Origin: Amoebophrya sp. A120
Taxonomy: Eukaryota > Protista > Dinoflagellata
Reading direction: 5' to 3'
Assembly: GCA_905178155.1 (NCBI GenBank)
Contig: CAJINV010000008.1
Location: 4,404,577 to 4,454,533, forward strand
Length of the DNA: 49,957 bases
Under the pieces are notes generated by a model, which worked only from the letters and a program-made list of their open reading frames with translations, did not search any database and was not told where the DNA came from. A program made the position numbers and the translations under genes. Positions 23,467 through 37,000 of the stretch are shown here, piece by piece. Every line of letters starts with the position of its first letter. The first letter of the stretch is position 1.

Positions 23467-26400
23467 ATGGCTACTCTCTTTTATTTTTTTTTTTGGTGAT
23501 AAACGGCGCAGGGCCGCCGCGGGTGTGTACTTATTCCAAAGCCAGACCGTGCAACACCACACGCAGAGGGGAAACGACAACACGCGCCCGGCGCGCGCCG
23601 TTGCCCCTACAGCGGTGTCGCTCCCGTTAGCTGGCAGCGCTTAACCTCATTTCGCTATTGATCGATATGTTGGACGCGAAATACCAAATAAAATAGTTCG
23701 CATGCGTGACGCTCTTGCATTCCCCCCTAAATTCTCAAAACTTGACTTTTATTGTTTGCGTTTTCCTGGCTGTTTAATGTATGCCCGGGCAGCAGGAGTC
23801 TTGTGAGCCTGTGAGCCAAGGCTGAATTGTTTCATTTAATATTGCCCCCGCCCTCGCCTCGTTATGGTGCCCAGGGCTTCGGGATGTAGATAGTTGCCAA
23901 GCCCTCGGGGTCTGTGATTTTTGTCCCTCCCGCCGCATTGCGTGTGTGTTTTTGGTTGAGATTTGTATTTTGCACCAGGCGGCTGCGCGGATCGATCTCG
24001 ATAGAGTCTCGCGCCTATAAACGGACAGAGACCCTTGCCATCCTTCTAGCCCTAGAGGCGTAGGCTAGGCCTGCCATCGAGCCGCTCCCGTAGGCTCAGC
24101 CAGAGGCCCCCGGGGCGGCGTCTGGCGTTATTGGCTGGCTATCGGATTCGGGATTTTCGAAAATCCCAGAGCTGTGGCGGCTTGGTTTTGGGCCAGGCAT
24201 GTGCCCCTTGCCCGGGCCCCTCCAGCCGGGGCCCGTGTGTCTCTTTATAGGCGCCCCGCCGGTGTTTCTCTTGGTGCCGCCGTTTTTTTGTTCCCCGGGT
24301 TTTGTGCAGCGCCGGCCCTCCGGGAGGCGTCCGGCGGAGCCTAGGGCGAGAGGTTTCCGGGATGGGCTTCGCGCTGCGATTTTTCGAAGCGTGGCGAGCG
24401 TGTCTTCTTTGGTATTTCGCAGCCCCCCGGGCCGGGTCCCGCAAGGAGCGGGCGCGCGCCCTCTGCCGTGGTGGTTCTGTTTGGTTTGGGTTGCGTTGCG
24501 CCCGTGATTTGCGACGTCATCCGGCCAGGCGCAGGCGGCTCGAGTTGTTCCGGCCGTTTCCTCGTTTTGGGAACCCGGCCACCAGTTCGATCGGATGAAC
24601 CCATCCCGTCGAAGCATTCGGATGGGCCCAAAATTTTCGGGATTCCACCGCGCCCGGCAGGGGGGAGCGTCTTCGATTCGGCGGGGGGGGGTTCTGTTTT
24701 CCCGTGGAAAACATCGGAAAAGGGCCCCCGGCGGGCCAATGGAAGGGCTGCAATAAAAGTCGGGAGGGCGGCAAAAGAGTCGCAGGCCCGATCTGAATAG
24801 AAGGCCAAGAAAAGGAGTTCCATCAGTAGACCCCTAAATAGAAGGCGGAGGAGCAGCCGGAAAAGAAGCCCCAAGAAAAGGACTTCCCGGGATCTGCTTC
24901 GTTTTTCCCTGTGCCGTGTTTCGCTGGCGTTTTTTTTTTTTTGTTTTTTGGGTTTCGTTTTTTGAAATTTGGCCGGGAAATTTTGTCGGGGGGGGGCGCC
25001 CCGGTGTCTCGCCCTCCCCTTCGGCGAGCAGCCGCCCGCAGATAGAAGGCGTCGGGACATTGAGCCGCGCCGCCCGCGGCCTTCCCAGTTCGCCGCCCCG
25101 GCCCTTCTTCAGGTTTTGGCAAGAGATTCGGAATGTGCAAAACCCCCGCCCGCCAGCCTTTCCGTTGGCTCTCCGTTTGCCCGGGAGGTCAGCCGTGTTC
25201 TTCGATCTGTGTCAAGTGGGGCCGGCCTCTTTTCCTTGGATTCCGTGTCTTTGCAAATCCCGACGCCGATTGTCAATCGATAACCTACGCCACCGCCCCG
25301 GGGCCTCTGGGTGGCCGCGCCTCCGACGGCCAGCCCGCGCGGTTTGATGCCATGAGGGGGCAGCTGCGCCGTGTGAACCCAAAAGGCCTGGCGCGGCCCC
25401 CAGTTCCGGTTGTTACCGGTCGCGGTGCCGCCGTGAATTGTTTGGGGCAGGCGCTGCCATGTGTGGCGAACGAAAGCCAAAACGCTCGCAAAGCTGCACA
25501 GCCGAACGCGGGCGCTTTGCCGTGGCAGCTCCGACATGGAGGGCCCTGCCGTATGCCTTGCCCCGCCCTTTTACAGAACGCCCACCGGGGCCCCCGCACC
25601 CAATGGCGCCGAAGGCGCTAAGGTGGCCGGCCCATGTCCTTCGCCCTGTGTTCGGACCCCCACCTTTCCGAAAGGCCGCAGGAGTTCTTCTGGTTGCCGC
25701 TTTCGCGCGCGCGGGCGCCCCGCCCGCCCCGTGCCTCCTGGAAGCCCGTGCACCGATGTGAACGGAATTCGGCCCGGCCGCCGGTCCGGTCCCGTGCGTC
25801 CGAGGCTGACCGGCCCTGAACAGTTTGCCCGAGCCCGCCGTGGCGCCCCGGCGGGCCCCTACTTGGTTCTGGGGTAAGACTGCTGCCACGCGACAGGGCG
25901 CTCGGGTTTGACTTTGGCCGCGGGTTTTGACGTTGTCTGGGCGCTCGCTGTGTTGCTGGCCCTTCAGATGAATTTCGCCTGGGGGTGTTCTGATTCGCCG
26001 GCCGGGCGGCCTTTGGCTGCACTTTGCCCGATCCAACCGCAGGCATATTCGCCGCCGCCCGATTTTCTTTGGATACCCACCAGGCGGCTGCGCGCCTGCA
26101 GGCATCCATGCTGCCAATTGGGCGACTGCCTGGTGGACTGGCAGACGCCGAAAGCTGCGGCATCTTGCCCGGCAGACTGCCGGAGATGTTGACCAAGCAA
26201 ATCGGTCCCACGGCGGGGCATATCGCTGGACTGCAGCCCAGCAGAAGATCGCCTCTGTCGCGCTGCGTGCCGAGTGCCTTGCGCGCGAAGTTTTTTTTTC
26301 TGATTGCGGGGTGTGTAGGGCACATTGAAGCACAGTATTGGGACCCGAGCGAATCGGTTGCCTGGCGGGTCGCTGGGGAGAGTGCGAGCCTAACCGGGGC

Positions 26401-29400
26401 CGGCAGGGCTGTGTTGCAGCTCAGAGCCCCCGTGCGCACATTATCGTGCGCACTGCCGTGCTCGGCCCCCGCCGCCCCGCAGGGTGGCGCGCACCGCTTC
26501 GATCCATTTCATTTGAAAGGAGAGCGCTGTCGCTGTTCGTGTTGTGTGGCAGTGCATGCGCTGCGATAACCGACCACAGGCTACTCACTCAAACAGGGCT
26601 CCGGGCCGGATTGGAGGAAGCGAGGACGCGAAGGGCGGCCGTGCAGCGAAGTCAGAGAGGTATTGGTCTTTGTTCGGTGTTGCTGTTTGTGTTTTCTTTC
26701 GGACGCGAGTGATAGAGAAAAGCGCGCAGCGCCGGCGCTGCCTTGTTTGTGATTGAAAGCCAGGGCCTACCCGGGAAAATTGGGAAAACAGGCTGCCCCG
26801 GGGTATTAAAAATCTGAGGAATTTGATTGCAACAGCAGGCCCCGCTAGGCGTTTGGCACAATCCTGCGGAAGGATTTCTGTGTAATTTGCGCCCATGCCG
26901 GTGTAGCACGGCGCCGGAAGGCCGCCGGGGGGCGGAGGCCGCATGCACACGCCCTGCGAGCTACTGAAAGGAAGGCGCCAACCCGGCTCCGCGATCGCCC
27001 TCGCCCCCCTTTCTTAGCCGCGCCAGCGGGCCGTGCGCTGGCCGCCGCCGCATGCGGGGGCCCGCGGGGCGGCTTTTGTGCCGATGCCTGCTCCAAAAAT
27101 GCCGCCGCCCCAACGGCGCCGCGCCCTGGAAAATGAGAAAGCCAGGAGGTACGCCCGGAGCGCCGCGCGCCCCCGCCCCCCACATAGACACAGGTAGCCA
27201 CTACGTTGCCGCGCACCGGTAAGCCGGCCTTGCATAGAAAAACAAAAAAGCCCGAAAGACATCGGCGCCTGGACCATATCGCCAGGCGCGCCGGGGCATT
27301 AGGATTCACTCAGGAGGCGCTCGCAGCGCCCGAAGAAAAAAGTGGCGCATTCAGTGTGGGCGGCGAATTGCAGTCAGAACGGCGCCGCCCACACGGAGAG
27401 CCGCTAGGCCGCGCATGGCGCACACAGAATGCACCGTGGGGCGCGCGGCAACGTGGCTGCGTGATTCCATCGCCCAAACAGGGTCCCGCAGTGCGAGCGA
27501 ACTCCGCGCGCCTTTAAGGTGGTTTGCTAGCTGCTGCGGGGGGCCGATTATCCACGCAGGCAAATGCGATGGCGCGCGCAAGGCATTTGCAAACACCCTC
27601 CCGGCGCCTGTTGCGAAGGGGCGCGCGGCTCGACACCACCGCCAGCGCAGGATGAAGCAAGCCAGGACAGAAAGGGCGAAGGCGCTGCTTGCGGGCAATT
27701 CTTTTCCGGGCTTCGCGCCGCGCCGCGGTGTCGTACCTAACTAAGCCTGCTCGCGCCCTTGAATAAAAGAACGCGGCCGCGCGCACAGTGTGAAGCATTT
27801 CGCGCTTCGGGTGGCGGATTGTGGAGGGGATCCCCCCCCGCGCACGGCAGCGCGCGGGGGGGCCGCGTGCTTCTATCGCTTTCGCGGACCGGGGCGCAAA
27901 CAACTACGAAAGAGCGCGCAGCGCGCGACTAGAATTAGCTGGCTGAACTTCGCCAGGCGAAATCCCAAAAAGGCCCGGCCGCCCGCCCGGGGAAAATGAA
28001 TCAATGGGAGCGCGGTTTTCATAACGCCAGAGGACTTCGCCGTGGCACTTAGTTTGCGGCCCGTGAGCACAGGCGCCACCGCCCTAGTGGCCGCCCGGAG
28101 CAGCGCGCGCGGTTTTTGTTCGGTCGCCGGGGCTTGTCCGCCTGCGTAGGCTCGCGCAGGGGAATGCGGCGCAGGGCGCGCAGCGCTTGCGCATGCGCAT
28201 CGTGCGGCAGGTATGGGCCCGCCAGCGCCATTCACCTGGCATTGAAAAGCTTCCTTCCGGCGGCGTGCGCGCATGGGCTGGCCAGGGAGGGCCATGGTGG
28301 AGATGCGTCGAAGGGCCCGCCGGCCGTTGTGTCGCGGGCGTTGTTCTATTGGGCGGGCTCGTAGGCCAGGGCACCCGGCGCGGAACTTTGAACCCCACGC
28401 CCAGGCTCCCGGCCCAAACGGGGCCCGCGCTCTCGGACCGGAGCCAGCTTGGCCGGGCGGCGGCGGTTCGGTATGGCGAGCCCCTTTTGAAGAAATAATG
28501 GAAACCCCGCGCCGCAAGTGTGGCGAAGTAAGTCTTGCAGTCAATTTGCGGCCGCAAGCTTCTCGGCGCGCCGGCGCCTGAATTGCAGCCAGCACTGCGC
28601 ACGTTTGCCGGCCAGCATTCGATGGCAGCCCGGGAAGTGTGGGGCATCGGCCCCTTTGGCGGTTATCGCAAGGCGGGAAGAGGGCCGGCACGCAGCACGG
28701 CGCGGCGGCTGTTTTTGCAGTTGCCAGCAGCAGCCGCGGCGCCTGTTTAGATTCCAGAGGAGTTGCATCGTGGGAAGGCCATGGCGGTGCTCTAGAAGTG
28801 CCCTCGCGGCCTGTCGCCTGGACGCCGCTGCGCCCTGTTTCGCTGCGCTGCCTAACTTCTTAGAAAAGTGGGCGCATCGGTTTCGTCAACATGGATGTGA
28901 GGGAACGAAACTCCACAGAGCGTCAGGCGCGGCGCGAACAATTCGGCGCACTCATGGACGAAAGGCAGGCGAGGACCCGGGACAGGGCAGCGCCATTGCG
29001 GGAGCGATTTAATCCGGAAATCCGCGCGCCGCCATAACCCTAAACCCAAACCATAAATCGCGAGAAATTTCCCTACGTTTCCGCGTACCTGATGGCGAGC
29101 GATGTAGCGAAGTGAGTGTGGTCGTTGATTCAGTTGATCACATTCCGGGGCTTGGGAAGTTTGTGTCTCGCCTCAGATTGAGGGTGGTGGTTGGGTCGAT
29201 CGTATTTCAGTGTGAGTCCGATGCAGATTGTGATCGCGATGCCACCCTAGACCTCGACGGGCGGATGAAATCGCATTTCAAGAAAAAGTTGTAGTTGTGT
29301 TGCTGCGCACTCACGATGTTGTTACGAAGCGAAGCACCTCACTAACGAATGGCCTCTCTGAAACTTTTCCGGAAGCGCAATACTCTCTCGCTACTTCATG

Positions 29401-31486
29401 CTTTTGGAAGCATGCGTTGACTGTCGACGACGTTTCCAAGGCTGGTACGTGGACAATGAAATCCGAAGAGCCTATTCTCGGAGACGCAAGCAAACCTGGC
29501 ACCCTGAAACTTGCCGGGCCAGAACGGCTTCCCTACTTTTGATAGCTGTGAGTTGCGCGAGTAGATCCAAGCTCTTGGCCCAGATTCTCGAATGCAAGTG
29601 CGTGGGACTCAGGGCTAGGCAGTTCAGTTCCCCAAGAAGATACTCGATTCAGATTCATTCTCGAGATACGTTGCGCAGATCGTTTCCCGGTTCAGGATTT
29701 GGATTTCGTTTTCGATTCTGGATGTGATTTCCCGACCCTTATTGCGTTTAGATTTGGATCTCGTTCCGGTTCAGATTATCTTCTTGCTCAGATTACGGCT
29801 CTAATAATGATGATAGTTCTTCTATGGCGCGCTTAAAGTCGCGTTTTCAAAAGTCATAGTTTTTTTTTTTTGCTAGTCTTCAGGCACTGGCGCCGATTTT
29901 AATGCCCTGCCGATATGAGAATAGGGTCGCCCGAGCTGGCGCGCATAAATGCGATAGCACTGAGCCCCAGGAAGGCAGTTCGGACGGCGCGCAAAAGAAT
30001 GCCTCGCCGCGATCCTTCGTGGCGCATTCCGCGATGCAATTTCAAAAACCCCGGGGCCGCTTCGCCTCCCCCCGCCGCCTAAAGTTCTGAGCAAAGGAAA
30101 GGCGACGCGCCGCGGCTTAAAAGCCGAGCCCCGCCACAGTCTGGCGCACTTGCATGTAGTCCCACCAAGGCCCGGAAAGGCCCGGCCGCCCCACATGCGC
30201 CGCTCAGCTTGGTTCTGCATGTCAGCCGGGGCGCCGTGGCCTGCATGAGGGCGGATACCAATGCCGCCACGCGCCACACCGGCAAGATGCGCCTCGCGGC
30301 CGCCTCATGAGCCAGGCGCGCCGGCAAGGCGAGGCCGGCCCCTTCGTGGCGGGCCGTGGAAGGCCACGGCGGCGACGCCCTTTAAACAGGAAGCGCGCAG
30401 CCGCCGGCTGCGCCAAGTAGCGGTGGCGCCTTCCGTTCGGCGAATATTCTGAATGCCGCCAAGCGACCGACGGAAGACCAATATGCCAGCAAGCCACCCC
30501 AATCGACCCGGGGCCCGAGATTATGTGGCCCCGACGACCTTTGCTGGTGTCCTTCCGGGGCAACCTCCGCCGGCCCCATTCCGGAGGCCTCTTCAGAGGC
30601 CTCCTTGGGGGGCCTAGTTAGCTCGGGATTGCATGAAATCCAGGGGGGGTGATCCGGAGGCCATCCGGGCCGCCATTGTGGCCCACCAAGGGCTGCCCCA
30701 AAGGCCTCCGAAAGCGGCCCCAATTCAGTTGGAGGGGCGTGGGGCCGCGCAGCTGGCTAAAAAATGGCTAATTTTTTTCTGATTTTTGAAAACTCCGCGC
30801 GGCGAGGTAGCCGGTCGGGCCTCTCGTTTGCCGGTTGCCCGGCCTCCGCCCATTCCGGAGCCCGCGGCCATTGCCCTTGGCCCCGGGCTTCATCGTGTCA
30901 GCTTCGGCCCCCCCTTGCATGGATGGGCCGCGCCCTTTTTTGTTGCTCTGGTTTGCCGGGTATGGTTGGGCATTTGGGCCGCCCCGCGTAGTTCGGTGAT
31001 TCAGGGCATCGGCCGTCTGGTTTTTGCATATTTCCGCGCTTTCTGTGGTTTTGCATGGTTTCGGGCCTTATGATATTCGACAGCGGGATAGGGACGAAAA
31101 TTGTAGTCGTGGCAGCCGCCATGAGCAGCAGTTTTCGTCTCTTTTGTTCTGTCTGATGTAAGCTCCTATCTGTATTGCTTTCTATCTCGGCCTTCGGTGT
31201 TTGTTGCTCTGTTGTGTTTCATTTGCCCTACGGAAGAGGATCCACGTTCGTGCACATGTCGCCTGCTATCTTCAGTTTTGGAAATGGACAGGTTCCGGAC
31301 CTGTCCGTTTCCAAAACTGCGGCACTCGACCACTTTTCGCCTCATGGATATCTTCTAAATCTTCTTCTAAATCTGCTTACAAGGGATTTCCTTAGGGAAA
31401 TCAGTGTACTGCAGATTTAGAAGAAGGTGAAGAAGGTGTCCATCAGGCGAACATGTTGGTCGAATCAGAAAAAAGATAGTAGGCGA

Positions 31487-31627
31487 TTTAGAAGGTGGAT
31501 TTAGAAGGCAAAATAGAAGGCGAATTCAGAAGGAAAAATAGAAGGAAATTTAGAAACAAAAATAGAAGGGGAAAAATAGAAGGAAATTTAGAAACAAAAA
31601 TAGAAGGCCCTTCCATTTTTGTTTCTC
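31487..31627. repeat. ~12-bp TAGAAGG-core tandem repeat ending in a hairpin (copy at 40208-40348)
   Basis: aaaatagaagg/atttagaa units. agaaacaaaaatagaagg is followed by ccttccatttttgtttct. Confidence 0.8.
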
Positions 31628-32539
31628 GATCATGGCCCCAGGTGGTTGTTGGGTTGGGTTTTGTCTTCGGGGATTCCTATATGGATTTCGTCTGGAATTC
31701 CTTCTGGGGATCTGTCTATTTGGTTTGGGGTGTTTCTGACCGGGGCGTTGAGGCTCGTTCGAGAGAGTCGACTCGTGTCGAGGACACGACCGGCAATAAC
31801 ATGTTTTTCCCGATGCCGCTCTTCGAGTTCGCTCATACATTTTGCATTCTAGTGACACTTCATCCAGAATAAAATCGAATGGATCTATCCTGGAGGTGCA
31901 AAAAAACTATTCGAAAACTATGAAGATTCTCTATCGATTTCGATAACGGATTCGCAATCTAATCACCTATTCTCGCATTACAGATTCAAAATAAATCAGA
32001 AATAAAAATCGAAACCAAAAGCAGGAGGAGTCGATAATTAACTTCTGAAAATGACTTCTGGAAACAGGTGCGGATTGTCGATTTGATTCGTGGTTTCTCG
32101 TCCTGGGGGCTCGCGATCACAGGACTTCTGGTGAAAATCCTGGGAAATCGAGCTTTCCCCGACCTAACAGGACACTTCGATAGATGAAAATCTATCTGAT
32201 TCTATTCGAAAACCAATAAGAAATCAATCCGAATCACGATACTACTTTAGAATCAATAGGGTAAATCGATTCGACCGATAAATTCGTATTTTTAGTCGCG
32301 ATTCAGATATTCTAAAATCTATAAAGTCGATCCTATTTCTCTCCTCTATCCTGATTCCCGGTCAGAATCTCGATTCGATCGGGATTCGATAAAAAAAATA
32401 AATGAAATTATCTAAAACCCACTTCTGATTCTCGATCAGATTCCGCCTCGACTCGATGGAAAGTGAAAAGATAAACCCTAATTATGATTCCGAATCTTCG
32501 AAGATGGTGTTCAGCGCGCGCCAATCACCATCAATTTAC

Positions 32540-32930
32540 TTGATTCCGATACCCGATTTCCTCGATGGATTTCGATAAAGGAATAAATATATCTAGGATG
32601 ATTCGACTCGGATTCCCATTGGGATTCTCGAGAATCAAAATAAGAATGAATCTAATCGATTCCGATTCTCGATGGGGTTCACGAGAAACAAATAAAAGAA
32701 TAAACTCTACCTATCTCGATTCTGATTCGAATTCCGGATGGGATTTCGATAAAAGGAAACAAATGGGCTCTGATTCCGAGTCGATTCCCGATGGGATCCG
32801 ATTCGGGATAGAAAAATAGAAATCAATTCCCGATGGGATTCACAATAAACAAAGAAAGGAATAAATCTAATCTATTTCGATTCTGATCCGAATTCCGATG
32901 GGATTCGATCAAGAATAAATAAAATCTATC
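32540..32930. repeat. Degenerate ~55-60-bp tandem repeat (copy at 41261-41651)
   Basis: Recurrent gattc...cgatgggatt...aataaa...tcta units. Confidence 0.6.
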
Positions 32931-34028
32931 AGAATACCTCCTAGATAGGGCGAAAACCTAAAATATCATTACTCGAAATATTGCATGACAGATTCGATAT
33001 TTTTTTTTCTATGCCTGAGATCCGACCGAGATTACGATTACGAATAGAAAAAGGAAAATGAACACAACTAAAAAGTCCGATAGTTAGGGTGTGCAATCGC
33101 TTCTCAATTCGATTCGATGTTTTTTCTTCAACAATCCCTCCCGGGATGCGAAATAAATTCTTGAGTTCAGGCGCCTGTCAAAATGGAAAAGTGTTCATCT
33201 TCGTCGTGATTGATCCATTGATTTTTTTCATTAGAAATCAATCCGAATTCGTTCGATTTTCGTTGTTCTTTTCTCGTTCGATTTCAGAAGTGAAGTCAGG
33301 TATTTTGTCCGATTTCCATGGTGTTTCGATCTAAAATTTTCATCTAGAAAGTGTGTGAAAATTTTAATCATTTTTGGAAAAGATTTCTTGTTTCATTTTC
33401 GAGCGATCCTCCATTGTCGATTTGATTGATCCCCAAAGCAGAACCTACCGGATCGATTTCGTTTGAATCGCGATCCGGCTTTTGATGTGTGTATCAAGGC
33501 CTCTCTTCTGCTTGGGGAGTCTATCAATGTCGACATCTGGTGGGCTCGATTTTAGGTATAGAAGGATAAAATTTCTAAAATTATACATGTGGTTTTTGCT
33601 TTTCTTCATCATCCTATGAAAATATAAAGAAAAGTAGTTACCTCTATGCAGGTTCTGGTGAGTTCTGGTCTTTTCGAAAAAAATGATCTTGAAGGAAATC
33701 GCATGGCAATCTTGAAAAGAAAAAAAATCACAAATCATACATCTAAATCTTACAAGTGATCAAAATACGCATGCTCTTCTCCTTCTAGTCTGTTCGTTTC
33801 TTCTGTTTCCCCGATGACAGTGCCGATCCGATCGCGACGAATGCCTCCGAGCTATCGGATCCGGATTGCCGTCGGTTTTGGGTTCTTTTTCAGTAGTGAA
33901 AGTCTTTGAAAGTAGTCTAGTTTCCATATGGTTTTTCGCCTCTCTTTTGCATTCATTCCGGGGCGAAAATTAGTCATAGTATAGGCTAGATCTAGGGCAT
34001 TCTAATCGTAATTGCGGTGCTAGTAGGC

Positions 34029-37000
34029 CTACGCAGTCACTTCAGTTTCCTCATCTTCCCCCACCCGAATGTGGCTAATCAGGATCTGGTGGTCGATTCC
34101 CCGTCGGGTTCCTTTGATTTCCAGCGTCATGGAGGGCGGGCAGCAGAAGAACTCCTTCGTGGCCGGTTGCAGTTGGTCCGGGCGCTTTTCGGTGGTTGGT
34201 TTGTTCTTCAGTGGTCCCCGATTGGCATCCTGGGCCTCTTTGTTCAGGACGATGTAATCAACAGCAAAACCGGTCTTGTCATAGGTGCAGAAAGTCCAGC
34301 TTCGTTTCCCGTGCGTCACCTGAAGTGCCTTATTCTCGGTCCCCAGCAGTTTCTGGATACTGGCGGTTTCCTGGCGGGATGTAGATGGGGTTTCGCGGTT
34401 GTGCCGACCGTGCAGGCCGTAGATCGATCGGTCGATCACTCTGTTGAAGTCGCCGACGAGGATCCGCTTTCCCGGGCCGGCGAGCCACTGGCGCAGGTTC
34501 AGGTCCCAGGCCTGGGCCTGCTTGATGCGGCGCAGCTCCTCCATCGCGTTCACGCTGTACACATTCCCGAAGGTGTGCTCGCCCCCGACAACAATTTCCT
34601 GGAAGCGACCCTCATGTTGCACTTCGGACTCGAATCGGGTCGCGCCAAAGTATTCGTGTGGGAGGTCTCTGCGGGCGAGGGCAGCAGTGGACGAATAGCC
34701 GATCTTGGACACGCTCGGGCGCAGGTAGATCGTGTAATCGGAATCCAGTGCATTGAGCGCGTCGCGGGCTTTCGTTTCCAGCGATGGGGAGACTTTGGTC
34801 TCTTGCAAAAAAATCAGGTGGGGCTTCGTCTTCAGAATTTCTTCCAGGTCAAGCAGCCTCGGGCCGCTTTCGATCGAAGCAAACAGTCCATCGAGATTGT
34901 AGGAGACGATCACGATTTCCCCCGGCGGGAGGATTTCCGGCTGGCGACGCAACAGGGGCGGGCGGGCGGGCCACTCGCGGTCGAGCGTTCCCAGCTTCAC
35001 GAGTTCCTTTACGCGCTTCGAAACTTCGCCGGGAGTCAGGGCGGCAGTCAGGTATGCCAGGATCGCAGGCTCCGTAAGCGGGAGGGCACGAACCATCGTG
35101 ATCGCCTGAGGTTGCCCGAAGCGGATTCTGCGGCCGAGCAGGCAGCCAAGCACGACCGAGTTGGCATTCCGATGCTGGACGACGAAAATCCGGGGCAGAA
35201 ACTTCATTTCGTATTTGGACCGATCGGGTTTCAAGCGGATCACCATGTCGCCGGCAATTAGGTCCTTGTTGACGGTTTTCTGGGCTTCGCGTTTCACGCT
35301 CCGGCCGTGGTTGAAGATGCGGCTCGCAACAGCTTCGAAGTCGGTTTCTCGGCGTTTCTTGATCGCGAGCGAAACCTCATCGAGCAGATCCCCCTCGACA
35401 GTTGTGGAGAAAACAGCTTCGTTGGCGGCGATCGGCGCTGCAGCACCCCAGTGCCGTTCGACCAGAGATGCACCGGCATAGCTGCCCCGCGGTTGGATTC
35501 CGAGGAGGTAGCCAGCACGGCGGACATGGTCGGACCAGTTGGAAGGCAGGAACGCCATCGCATCTTCTTCCTGTGCTTCGGCTTCTTCGGCTGCTTGTTT
35601 CTTCCCTTTCGGGCCGCGCTTCACGTTGATCTTTTTCTTCTCGGCCACCAGTTTCATATCCGGGTCGTCGAGGACAACAAACAAAAACTCGCCGTCCATC
35701 GTGTTTCGTCGCTCCAGTCGGAAACTCGGTGGGGCCAGGGCGTGTAGCAGGCGGATCAGGAAGTTGAGAAGGTGGTGAGGGTGTTCGACCATCCAGTTTC
35801 CGGACGCGAGGTAGTGCGGGCTCTTCCAGGTCTTGACCTCGTGCAGGGGGTCGATTTTCTGGATGAGCGCGTTGAGGGTGTCCAGAAATAGACGCCCGAA
35901 ATGCGACCCGTTGTCGCATCGGATGTAGGAATACAGTGTGAAAGTTGCCAACATCAAGCGGAAGACGCAGTCGGCGGCCGTGGCTGCCGTCGCGTCCGTC
36001 GTCGGCTCCGCCCATGTCAGCTCGCTCCGTCCGTCGGTGGCCGTGAAGATGCTGCTGAACTCGTCACCGGAAGCAAGGCCACAGATGTAATCGATAAACA
36101 GCACCTGTCCCCGGTGCCTGAACAGCTCCAACCGTGGTTGCAGTCGCACTGAGCTCGGGCCTTGCTGTGCGTAGGGGCTGAGGCTGCAGTAGATGCATAA
36201 GGATACGATCTTGGCACAGAGGTCCAGCAATCCGCCCTCGACAAAGAAGCCTTTTCGCAGTGTTAGGTGGTAGAGGATGCCTTTCCGTCCGTGCGAAACC
36301 GCATGGATCGCACTGATCACAGCAACGGCGATGCTGGTATGGTCATAGGTCTGACCCTCGAACACAAATTCTTCAGGTTCCACAAGAGTGGGGAGCAGGA
36401 TCTTCCAGCCGTGGAGCGGGACTCGGAACTGCAGGACGTCGCCGCAGAGTCGGTAGGACGGGAGTCGCTCCAGCATCGCCATCGCCTTATTCCGTTTCGG
36501 GCGGAGGCCATGCTGCTTCGCAACCGCGAGCAGATGGGCGATCTGTTCCTCTTCTTCCTCGGATCGGGCGACAGCCTCGAAGGCAGCAAACTCCAGGACG
36601 AACTGGCGCTTCTGGGTCTCCGTTAGAACTTTCTTGAAATTGGGCTCCAGGTGCAGGTGGGCGATCAGCTTCCGCGCGAACAAGAGGTAGATCGTGTTCG
36701 GCCTCCGTTTCTCGAGAAAACTGTCCCCGACCACCAGAAACATCAGAGCACCGCCCCACCGGCGGATCTTTCCTTCCATGATGTTTCCTTCATCGTCTCG
36801 CGCGACCCGGATCTCGACGAACCGCGTCGCATTCTCGGCGGTATAGGTTTCGTCTTGCCCTTCGCCGACGAGAATGTGGATGGTGGACCAGAGCCACTCG
36901 GTCGAACTCGCGGGGAAGATAACTCTTTCGAGTTCCGTCGCGGTTTTCCAAAGGATGGAGTCCGCCTGGGCATCTTCGTCAGGCAGTTCGTCCCCGGGCG

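Noticed and set aside
21783-30991. Long Arg/Ala/Pro/Gly-rich ORFs
   Set aside because: Explained by tandem repeats and high GC. They overlap in all frames.
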